Assembly: GCA_963719505.1 (NCBI GenBank)
Contig: CAVRCF010000001.1
Coordinates: 1,184,001-1,248,000 of the forward strand
From: Halobacteriovoraceae bacterium
Lineage (GTDB): Bacteria > Bdellovibrionota > Bacteriovoracia > Bacteriovoracales > Bacteriovoracaceae
Length of the DNA: 64,000 bases
Direction of reading: 5' to 3'
Below the pieces are notes generated by a model. It worked only from the letters and a program-made list of their open reading frames with translations. It was not told the origin of the DNA and did no database searches. Position numbers and translations under genes: made by a program. Shown here in pieces: positions 46,024 to 54,425 of the stretch; the stretch's first letter is position 1, and each line of letters opens with the position of its first letter.

Positions 46024-46731
46024 ATGCAAGCAAGTTTTCAAGCTCCTCCGCTGACAAAATATAATAAAATTTTAATCATCACAATCGTGGCCGTATTTAT
46101 TTTAAGTGCCCTGACAAAAGGCGTGCTTGGAAGTTATCTCTCGCTGACGTTCCCTGGCTTTACCTCTGGTATGATTTATCAAATTTTAACCTATCCCTTT
46201 ATTGAGGCAAGCTTTATGGGGCTGATTTTTGAAGGCCTCCTTCTGTGGTTCATTGGAAGTGAGTTAGAGAGTCGATGGGGATCAAAGTTTTATTTAAAGT
46301 TCTTTCTCGTGTCCGTATTATCTGTTGCTGGGGTCTACCTTTTATTGAGCTCGGTTACTTCAGTTGTGACCCCTCTGATGGGAGTGACGGGCTTTAACTA
46401 CGCACTACTGATGGCCTATGCTATTATCTTCTCTGAAAGACAGCTCATGTTTATGATGATCTTTCCTATGAAGGCGAAATACTTTTGTATGCTTCTTGCG
46501 GCGATTCAACTTTATACAGGGTTTACTGCAACTTCAGGGGCGGTGAGTTTTTCTCATCTTGCAGCGATGCTCTTTGCTTTTGTCTTTTTAAAATATAAAA
46601 GTCTTCAAGCTAAAGGGGCCAACCTTCAAAAAGAAATCCACAAAAAAAGAATGAAGTCTAAACTTCATATTGTTAAAGATGAGAAACCAAAAGATCATCA
46701 CGACCCAAAAGATCCGAAATACTGGCAATAA
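46024..46731 (+). CDS. Rhomboid-like membrane protein
   Basis: YQILTYPF, LWFIG.ELE..WG...F..F, GVTG in place of GxSG, SHL. Confidence 0.75.
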   Translation: MQASFQAPPLTKYNKILIITIVAVFILSALTKGVLGSYLSLTFPGFTSGMIYQILTYPFIEASFMGLIFEGLLLWFIGSELESRWGSKFYLKFFLVSVLSVAGVYLLLSSVTSVVTPLMGVTGFNYALLMAYAIIFSERQLMFMMIFPMKAKYFCMLLAAIQLYTGFTATSGAVSFSHLAAMLFAFVFLKYKSLQAKGANLQKEIHKKRMKSKLHIVKDEKPKDHHDPKDPKYWQ

Positions 46732-46832
46732 GTTGAATGATTGCACATTATCTAAGGCATAGCTGTCAACTATAAGTCATTGAAACTCTTTATAACTTAA
46801 TGAATAGTCTGTGTAAGTGTTATAGTTTATAA

Positions 46833-47399
46833 ATGAAAACGATAATTCTATTAAGCCTTTTTTCCCTATGTGCACATTCTATGGATAACCATAAAAAATT
46901 CTGCCGTTCGGGAGTCCTGTCACTTTACCTTCCCATGTACGCCTCTAAAATAGTCGATTGGTCTAGGCATCTTGTCGAGGAATTCTCGCAAGCAGACCCC
47001 ATTTCCAATTCTGAGAAAGTGGCTTTAATAAAGCGAGCTGAAAGGTTCGAATACGTCGAAGCTTGTGAGAATAAGGAAGGCACAAATGATATATTTGAGG
47101 ACATAAGTATTCATAAAGATTCAATTAGTCATTTGGAAGGGGTTCGTGGAGTAGGCAGCAATCCTGCTCTTAAGTGCCATGAGATAGAAAAGCCAGATGA
47201 ACAGTGGATGCAGTGGCGTCAAGTGGAGACGAGGAAGTTTTGTGAGGAAGTTCAAGGAAGTTATAAATGCTTAAAAGGGGATGATGGTCTTGTGAACTTT
47301 AAGTACATTCACGAAATAGGGCAAGAGAAGGATCCCAGAGCTCAATGTTTGCTTTTATTAAAGCAACTTAGACTGGCAATTGTTAAAAAGGGCCCTTAA
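46833..47399 (+). CDS. Secreted hypothetical protein
   Basis: Signal peptide, several Cys. Confidence 0.65.
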   Translation: MKTIILLSLFSLCAHSMDNHKKFCRSGVLSLYLPMYASKIVDWSRHLVEEFSQADPISNSEKVALIKRAERFEYVEACENKEGTNDIFEDISIHKDSISHLEGVRGVGSNPALKCHEIEKPDEQWMQWRQVETRKFCEEVQGSYKCLKGDDGLVNFKYIHEIGQEKDPRAQCLLLLKQLRLAIVKKGP

Positions 47400-47463
47400 T
47401 AAGCTTTACATCTTTTTCCCTTCTGTGTTAAAAATCAAGGTTCAATAATATAAGGAATTTTAT

Positions 47464-47643
47464 ATGAAACTTCGCATGGCATTAGACGACAAAATGTTGG
47501 ACCTTAGACTGAGAGACAGACTTGTTTCTGAGGGAAAAGTTACAAAAGCTCAAGTAGATGAATTCTTAACTGGTTTATCTGATGAAGAAGGTAACTATAT
47601 TCATGTTGATGAAAAAAAAGAATCTAAGTCTACTGAACAATAA
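47464..47643 (+). CDS. Small protein (59 aa) missing from the ORF track
   Basis: MKLRMALDDKMLDLRLRDRLVSEGKVTKAQVDEFLTGLSDEEGNYIHVDEKKESKSTEQ; AAGGA RBS; fills the intergenic gap. Confidence 0.75.
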   Translation: MKLRMALDDKMLDLRLRDRLVSEGKVTKAQVDEFLTGLSDEEGNYIHVDEKKESKSTEQ

Positions 47644-48100
47644 ATTTTGAGAAGTATATCTTCTTGATTACTTTTTTACCTAAAGCTCTATTGACCTGAT
47701 TTTTAATTCTGGACTCAAGCAGGATTCTTCCTGTAACAGAATTGACGTCTTGGGGCTTCATATTCCCTGTAATATCTATTAACCGATCATTGATAAATGG
47801 CTTATAGGTTTTAATAATTTCTTCTTGTTCAGCTTCATACACCTCAATATTCATAGTGAGATTTAAAAAGCGTAAACGCTTTTGGCGAGAGTAAAGATTA
47901 ACAACGATTTCTTTGAAGACTATAGGGCTTCTGTTGAAGTCACTCAAACTTCCGCTGACCATATCAGTAAACTGACCTTGAGAGTCTGTAACAGGTGGCT
48001 TTATGATATTGTGGGAATACCAGATTGTTCCAACCGCACCTAAAACAATAAGTGCATTGATTGCGAGAATAATTTTGTCGAGTGATCTGTTCCCTGTCAT
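47630..48100 (-). CDS. fliL: Flagellar basal body-associated FliL-family protein
   Basis: N-terminal TM; IVVNL, RFL, P.I.D, G...L...I...VN, IYFSKFIVQ. Confidence 0.85.
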   Translation of the reverse strand: MTGNRSLDKIILAINALIVLGAVGTIWYSHNIIKPPVTDSQGQFTDMVSGSLSDFNRSPIVFKEIVVNLYSRQKRLRFLNLTMNIEVYEAEQEEIIKTYKPFINDRLIDITGNMKPQDVNSVTGRILLESRIKNQVNRALGKKVIKKIYFSKFIVQ

Positions 48101-48145
48101 ATCAATATCTTAACACAACAGGGAAAAATCAAAAAAGGTTATTTT

Positions 48146-49264
48146 TTAGAGATATTTTTGCGGGTCAAGCGGAGTGTATGGAAGCTCTAGGTCAATTGCA
48201 ACCTGCTCATAACATAATCCACCTTTTAAAATATTAACACCAAGAGCAAATGCAGGATCTTTAGCTGCCGCTTTCTCAACACCAATAGCAGCGATCATTC
48301 TTGCGTACTTCAGGGTTACATTTGTTAGAGCGTAGGTAGAAGTTCTTGCTACCGCGCCTGGCATATTTGCAACACAATAATGCACAACACCGTCAACTTC
48401 AAATGTTGGGTTTTGGTGAGTAGTAGGAGTACAAGTTTCAATACATCCACCCTGATCGACAGCGATATCGACCACAACACTTCCTTTTTCCATTTTTGAG
48501 ATCATGTCGCGAGTAACAAGTTTAGGGGCTTTAGCTCCTGGAACGAGAACAGCACCAATGACGAGGTCTGAGGCTATTACTGATTCTTCAATATTTTGGA
48601 TATTTGAATAAAGAGTTGTAATTCTATTGTCAAAAAGGTCATCCATTTCAGCTAGGCGTTTCGTTGATAGATCAATACAAGTGACATCAGCTCCTAGTCC
48701 CATGGCCATCTTTGTCGCATTTGTTCCGGCGATTCCACAGCCGATAACCGTTACTTTTGCCCGTCTTACCCCTGGAACACCTCCAAGAAGAACGCCTTTA
48801 CCACCTTTGTCTTTCTGTAAAAATGTGGCACCGACTTGAGTGGCCATTCTTCCAGCAACTTCACTCATTGGAACAAGAAGAGGAAGAGATCCGTCTGGGT
48901 TTTGGATCGTCTCATAAGCTACACATGTTGATCCTGAGTTCATGAGTCCTTCGGTAAGGTTCTTATCAGCAGCAAGGTGTAAATAGGTATAGAGTATATG
49001 GTGAGGTCTCAAAAGGGCTATTTCTTCAGGTTGTGGCTCTTTAACCTTGATGATCATCTCTCCAGCTGCAAAGGCATCTTCAAGGGTATCAACCATTGTC
49101 GCACCAGCGGTGATAAACTCTTCATCCTCAATGCCAATACCGTGTCCAGCTGTCTTTTGAACAAAAAGTTCATGACCATCATCAACGAGTTGACGAACTC
49201 CTGAGGGAACTAGTCCAACTCGGTTTTCGTTGTTTTTAATTTCTTTAGGTACAGCAATTTTCAT
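48146..49264 (-). CDS. ald: Alanine dehydrogenase
   Basis: VPKEIKNNENRV, KVKEP, TYLHLA, PMSEVAGR, VDQGGC, HYCVANMPGAV. Confidence 0.98.
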   Translation of the reverse strand: MKIAVPKEIKNNENRVGLVPSGVRQLVDDGHELFVQKTAGHGIGIEDEEFITAGATMVDTLEDAFAAGEMIIKVKEPQPEEIALLRPHHILYTYLHLAADKNLTEGLMNSGSTCVAYETIQNPDGSLPLLVPMSEVAGRMATQVGATFLQKDKGGKGVLLGGVPGVRRAKVTVIGCGIAGTNATKMAMGLGADVTCIDLSTKRLAEMDDLFDNRITTLYSNIQNIEESVIASDLVIGAVLVPGAKAPKLVTRDMISKMEKGSVVVDIAVDQGGCIETCTPTTHQNPTFEVDGVVHYCVANMPGAVARTSTYALTNVTLKYARMIAAIGVEKAAAKDPAFALGVNILKGGLCYEQVAIDLELPYTPLDPQKYL

Positions 49265-49464
49265 CTGAGATCCTTTTGGGAGTATTAATAATATTATGTT
49301 GTGTAATATAGGGTCTTTTATTTATTTTTCCTAGCAAAAAAAAGAAAGAGACAATCGCTCGGGATTAATCTTGAAAAAAATACATATTTGCTCTTAATTC
49401 CCCGTTGGTTGCTGGTGGCCTAGAAGGTATAATATGGCTTCAAATGATCTTAAAAGGAGATTCA

Positions 49465-50835
49465 ATGAAAGTCGTTTTTATGGGACTAGCGCTGACACTA
49501 ATCCTGAGCGGATGCTCTTCGTCAGAGAAAAAATCTGATTCTGGCTCTGGAGTTGATGCCTTAAACTTCAACGCACAGAAAAGAATATTCGATAATGGTT
49601 TGACTGCCATTGTTGTTGAAAATAAAAAACTGCCAATCTTTTCCTATTATACCTACTACAAAGTTGGGGGTAAACACGAAGAAGATGGGATTACGGGTGC
49701 CAGCCACTACCTTGAACACATGATGTTTAAAGGTGCAAAAAAGTATGGGTCTGGAATGTTTGACAAAATTGTTGAAGGTAATGGGGGCTCAAACAATGCC
49801 TATACGACAAATGATCTTACAGTTTACTATGAGAACCTTCCTAATCAGCACCTGAATAAAATTATCGATGTTGAAGCAGACAGAATGCAAAACTTAGCTT
49901 TGGAAAAAGAGTCTTTTGAAAAAGAAAGGAACGTCGTTTTAGAAGAGCGAAAAATGAGATATGAAAACTCTGACGGTGGGAAAATATACCTAACGATGAT
50001 GGAGAATATCTTTGAAGGGACCCCTTATGGCACAAGTGTTATAGGTAAGATCAAAGACATAAAAACTGTTACCAGAGACCAGATGTATCAATACTTTAAG
50101 ATGTTCTATGCTCCTAATAATGCCATTATTGTCATTGTCGGAGATGTTGATGCTGAAGATGTTTTTGATGAGTTAGAAGAGAGGTTTGGAAAAATAAAAG
50201 AAAATAAAAAGTTAGTCGATTATAAAAAGAAAGTAACATCTCCAAAAGACTTTGAGTTTAAAGGAAAATATGGGGGAAGAAAAATTTCTCTAAACGGAAC
50301 CAGTCCAAATCCAAGTTTTTTTCTCGCCTTCAAAGGTGTTAAAATTGGACCTCGCGATGCCTATGTTCTAGATATTTTATCCTCCCTCCTTGGTGACGGT
50401 GGAAGCTCTATTCTCAATCAAAAATATGTTCTTAATAAAAAACCAATCATGTCAAAGTCCCATGCTGGAAACTATACTTTGCAAGACTCTGGTGTGTTCT
50501 TTGTTGGAGGAGAGTTGAATAACGGATCACATTTGAAGTGGATTCAAAAAGACCTCTATAAAACGTTATCAAATGCCTGTAAAAGTAAGATTGATCAAAG
50601 GTCTGTTCAGAGAATCAAAAATCAGTACCTGGTGGATATGCTTTCAGGTCTAGAGACAAATTCTGGTGTTGCAGGTTTTCTAGGAAATAGAGAAGTCTAT
50701 TATGGAGACTATAATTTCTATAAAAAAGAGATTGATATCTATAACTCTGTCAGTGTTACGGAGCTTCAAGAGGCTTGTAAAAAGTACCTCAAAAAAGAAA
50801 ATTCGATCTTTCTATCAATTTGGAATAAAAACTAA
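49465..50835 (+). CDS. M16 zinc peptidase, catalytic subunit (lipoprotein)
   Basis: HYLEH (HxxEH), NAYT, EER; lipobox LSGC from ATG 49465. Confidence 0.92.
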   Translation: MKVVFMGLALTLILSGCSSSEKKSDSGSGVDALNFNAQKRIFDNGLTAIVVENKKLPIFSYYTYYKVGGKHEEDGITGASHYLEHMMFKGAKKYGSGMFDKIVEGNGGSNNAYTTNDLTVYYENLPNQHLNKIIDVEADRMQNLALEKESFEKERNVVLEERKMRYENSDGGKIYLTMMENIFEGTPYGTSVIGKIKDIKTVTRDQMYQYFKMFYAPNNAIIVIVGDVDAEDVFDELEERFGKIKENKKLVDYKKKVTSPKDFEFKGKYGGRKISLNGTSPNPSFFLAFKGVKIGPRDAYVLDILSSLLGDGGSSILNQKYVLNKKPIMSKSHAGNYTLQDSGVFFVGGELNNGSHLKWIQKDLYKTLSNACKSKIDQRSVQRIKNQYLVDMLSGLETNSGVAGFLGNREVYYGDYNFYKKEIDIYNSVSVTELQEACKKYLKKENSIFLSIWNKN

Positions 50836-50844
50836 GGAATCTTT

Positions 50845-52206
50845 ATGAAATATTTACTGCTTATATTTATTATTTGCTCAAATTTATTTGCGGCAAATTA
50901 TTTGGACGAAAATTTAAAGAAGTATAAATGGGATGACCTTGAGGTTGTTTGGTTAGAAGACTCTAGCTTTCCCACTTATGACATAACCTTCTACTTTCAC
51001 TCTGGAGCCCTTACAGAGAAAAAGCATGGAGTGACTCAGCTGATGTTTGATGAATTAACTTCTGGAACAACGAGATACTCCAGAAAAGAAATTTTAGATA
51101 TTCTTGAGTTCTACGGAGCAAGCTATGGAGCCAACGTCACTCACGAGTACGCAACTTTTTCTTTGAGTGGACTCGTTAAGGATGTCGAACCAAGTCTTAA
51201 GATGGTATGCCACCTTTTTAAAACAGCGACTTACCCAGTAAAAGAAGTGAATAAGACAAAGGCCAGAATGCGAACAGGTTTGAAAAATCTTGTGAACAAC
51301 CATGGAGCTCTTGCAAGTCGAATCTTTAGAGAAGTTTCTTTAAAAGAGACACCTTATTCTAGTCCGGTTGGTGGAAGTCTCTCCTCAATTAATAAAATTT
51401 CGGCAAGAGATTTACACACGAGACTTTTAGAGTTTAATCAAACAATTAAGAAAAAGATTTATATCAAGGCTCCAGCGGGAGTGAAAGGTATTCAAAATAT
51501 TATCGCTAAAGACTGCGGTTGGAGCGGAAATAAAGCGACGGCAACCGTCAAACTACCTGAGGTAAAAAAGAAAAGTGAGAAGAAAGATAAATTATACTTT
51601 GTCGCCGTCCCAAATGCGAATCAAGCTCAAATCAGAATAGGTACTTTCTTAAACTCAGAGCAAAGCTCTAAAGACTTTACTCTAAACGACTTGGCTTCTC
51701 GTTATATAGGAGGTGGATTTACTTCTGTATTAATGCAAGAGCTGAGAGTTAAAAGAGGTTTGACTTATACGGCTTCTGCTTATTCTTCTAGTCAAAGCTC
51801 TTACGGTAGAGTGGGGATTAATACTTTCACAAAAAATGAGACAATTGTTGATATATTAAAGGTCACCAAAGAAGTGATTGAGAAGCAAACTCAGTCTATT
51901 CCAACTCAAAGTTTTCAATATCTAAAAAATTATCTTAAAGGTACATATCTATTTGGACTTGAGTCATCAAGTGCCTTTATCAAAAACCTTCTATTCTTTG
52001 ATCATGTAGGAAGAGACTATGATGAAATCTATGCCTTTCCAAAAGAAGTTGACGACATCTCTATTGACCAAGCCAAATCTAAAATAGGTGAACTTTTTGA
52101 CTGGGATGTTCAAACAAAACTCATTCTAGGTGATAAAAAACTTATTAAGGTTTTGAGAAAAGCTGGATATAAGGTTGAAGTTTTAAAATATAATAAATAC
52201 TTGTAG
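50845..52206 (+). CDS. M16 peptidase, non-catalytic partner subunit
   Basis: No HxxEH; GGGFTS.LMQELRVKRGLTY. Confidence 0.88.
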   Translation: MKYLLLIFIICSNLFAANYLDENLKKYKWDDLEVVWLEDSSFPTYDITFYFHSGALTEKKHGVTQLMFDELTSGTTRYSRKEILDILEFYGASYGANVTHEYATFSLSGLVKDVEPSLKMVCHLFKTATYPVKEVNKTKARMRTGLKNLVNNHGALASRIFREVSLKETPYSSPVGGSLSSINKISARDLHTRLLEFNQTIKKKIYIKAPAGVKGIQNIIAKDCGWSGNKATATVKLPEVKKKSEKKDKLYFVAVPNANQAQIRIGTFLNSEQSSKDFTLNDLASRYIGGGFTSVLMQELRVKRGLTYTASAYSSSQSSYGRVGINTFTKNETIVDILKVTKEVIEKQTQSIPTQSFQYLKNYLKGTYLFGLESSSAFIKNLLFFDHVGRDYDEIYAFPKEVDDISIDQAKSKIGELFDWDVQTKLILGDKKLIKVLRKAGYKVEVLKYNKYL

Positions 52207-52207
52207 G

Positions 52208-52555
52208 TTATTGATTCTCAGCATGGGCTTCCATGTTGAGAATTGCCCCTGGATAGACTGAAAGCTGTTTTGCTTTAATAACGCCAGAGACTTCTGCAGA
52301 TGAGCGAATGGTTAGTTTTCCCTCGGAATAAATATTCCCATAAACTTTTCCAAAAATTTCTATATCAAAACAATAAATTGTTCCATCGATTGTAGATTTT
52401 CTCTCAATGATTAAACGACTTGTATCTTTCATCGTTATTGTTCCCTCTATATGAGAGTGGATGATAGTATCTCCTTGCATCTCAAGATCGCCTACGATCT
52501 TGTTATTGGCCCCAAGGACTGTATAGTTTAAATTTTTAAAATTTATTTCTTTCAT
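52208..52555 (-). CDS. Bactofilin (polymer-forming cytoskeletal protein)
   Basis: TVLG....I.GDL, IEGTI, I.GKV.GNI, V.G.I....L.V..GA. Confidence 0.88.
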   Translation of the reverse strand: MKEINFKNLNYTVLGANNKIVGDLEMQGDTIIHSHIEGTITMKDTSRLIIERKSTIDGTIYCFDIEIFGKVYGNIYSEGKLTIRSSAEVSGVIKAKQLSVYPGAILNMEAHAENQ

Positions 52556-52556
52556 T

Positions 52557-53294
52557 TTAATCCAGGGTAAAAGGTCCAGCTTTTTTAAACGCCATTAAGT
52601 TACCAGTTTGTGAGAAAATAAAAATTTTGTACCAAACAACAGAACCTTTGGGTTTTTTAAACTCAGCAATGACTGGTCTAAACCTTGAGACAACAAAGCT
52701 TTCTCCTTTGCTGAAGATAAGATTAGGGTTTTCTAAACTTAAGTCGTAGTTGGGGTAGAAGCTAAGTCCATCTTTGTGGTATTGAACAATTGAAATATAT
52801 CCAGCAAGTTTAGTATCGCCTTCTTGATTGTTTAAAATATCAAATTTAAAAAGCATTTTTTCTTTAAGGATATCATTGGTCATGTTTTCTAATTTGGCGT
52901 TCGCTTGCGCTCTGTTGTCTTCAAATCCTAAAGGCATAGAAAACAAGTTGAAGATATTTCCAATTTCGTCAGAGGCTGAAGCGGCAGAACCAGTTGAGAT
53001 TTTTTGAACAAGCTGGGAGTTTGTCGTTTTTAACGTGTTGAGTTCTGTCTCCTGTGACGAGACTTTTTCTCTTAAATTAAGAATAATTTCTGGTTCTTGA
53101 GATTTTGCTTTTTCGAGTTTTTGCTTCATATAGACTGATGTAAATAATGAGAAGGCAATGGACAAGATAATAACAACGGGAATGAGAAAGATCAGGGCCC
53201 TGACAATGACCTTATTAATTTTTAAATATTTAGGAGGCTTTGGTGCATCGTAGACGACAAGTGTTAATTCTTTAGATGGATCCTGAATCATCAC
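52557..53294 (-). CDS. Single-pass membrane protein with coiled coil
   Basis: TM helix followed by a heptad region; overlaps the upstream gene. Confidence 0.7.
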   Translation of the reverse strand: MMIQDPSKELTLVVYDAPKPPKYLKINKVIVRALIFLIPVVIILSIAFSLFTSVYMKQKLEKAKSQEPEIILNLREKVSSQETELNTLKTTNSQLVQKISTGSAASASDEIGNIFNLFSMPLGFEDNRAQANAKLENMTNDILKEKMLFKFDILNNQEGDTKLAGYISIVQYHKDGLSFYPNYDLSLENPNLIFSKGESFVVSRFRPVIAEFKKPKGSVVWYKIFIFSQTGNLMAFKKAGPFTLD

Positions 53295-54270
53295 TTACCT
53301 CTACTTTGAAATATCTCGCCATTGGGACAAAATCTTGGATTGAGTCATCAGTGCTTTCCCAGTCTTCGCTTATAATTTTCCAATCATATTCAGCATTTCT
53401 TTTTAAATATAGCGTCTTTTTACCAATGTCATTGATTGTATTTGATTTGTAATCTTGTAGGAGAGTTACAACGGCATAATCTTTAAAGTTTAAAATTGAA
53501 ATATTTCTAAAGTTAATTTCAGGCTTACCAGGTCTTTTGAAAACTCTTCTTTTATAATCTTTGTAAGAATAAAAGTTACCTTTTGTGTCACTATGAAAAT
53601 CAGAAACCGAGTACTGGTTGATATATGTGTCGAAATCATTTGATTTCCAGGCATTGGCCCATTCCACTATCGTTTCTGTTAGTTCTCGTTTGTTGGCATC
53701 CCAAGTTTCTTTTTTGAGAAAAGATATATTCTGAGTCACGATGATAGGAGTTTTATTAAGTTCGATATATTTTGCAATCTCTTTAATATCATCATCAGTT
53801 GCAACAACACATCCTTTAGAGTCTAGGCCTTTACTAATTCTTGTGTCGTCGTCTGTTGAATGAAGCCAAATTCCGCCCCCAGTCTTTCCATTTTTTTTAT
53901 CTACTAGGTTAGGGTAGTTCATTGTAAAAGCACCAGCACCGTAAATGAGGCCAACTTTTCCATAACTTGAGATGAGTTCACTTGCAGGTCTAAATTTTTC
54001 GAAGAAATAAATTCCCTCAGGTGTTTTTTTATCACCCTGAGCTCTTTTATTTCCCGTTCTTAGACCAGTGGCAATCTTGAAAGACTTGACCAAGCGAGGG
54101 AGATTATTATCATTCTTATAAAGGTAGAGTGTATGAGTCGACTTTTCCACAACAATAACATGGTGGGTATACTTTTGATCTAGCTGATAAATAGATTCTG
54201 GAAAGAATTCTTCAGCATAAACAGATGCTGAAACGAATAAAATACCTGATATAAATAGTCTTATGAGCAT
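53272..54270 (-). CDS. YkuD-type L,D-transpeptidase/carboxypeptidase with NTF2-like C-terminal domain (Csd6/Pgp2/Bd1075-like)
   Basis: GDKKTPEGIY, NYPN..D, GGGIWLH, SKGCV; W..AW...D...Y...Y ... K.LY......WKIISE. Confidence 0.85.
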   Translation of the reverse strand: MLIRLFISGILFVSASVYAEEFFPESIYQLDQKYTHHVIVVEKSTHTLYLYKNDNNLPRLVKSFKIATGLRTGNKRAQGDKKTPEGIYFFEKFRPASELISSYGKVGLIYGAGAFTMNYPNLVDKKNGKTGGGIWLHSTDDDTRISKGLDSKGCVVATDDDIKEIAKYIELNKTPIIVTQNISFLKKETWDANKRELTETIVEWANAWKSNDFDTYINQYSVSDFHSDTKGNFYSYKDYKRRVFKRPGKPEINFRNISILNFKDYAVVTLLQDYKSNTINDIGKKTLYLKRNAEYDWKIISEDWESTDDSIQDFVPMARYFKVEVSDDSGSI

Positions 54271-54425
54271 TTGACCCTCAGTGTTCACTCTTTACTTGAT
54301 TAATTCCATAATTGTAAACAATGGATATTCCTTAATCAACATAAATGATTGAAATCTTTTCCCTCATTGTGCTGCATCCTATGTCTTTGTTATTATTATA
54401 CTAATAGAATAGCAGAGGAGAGTTT

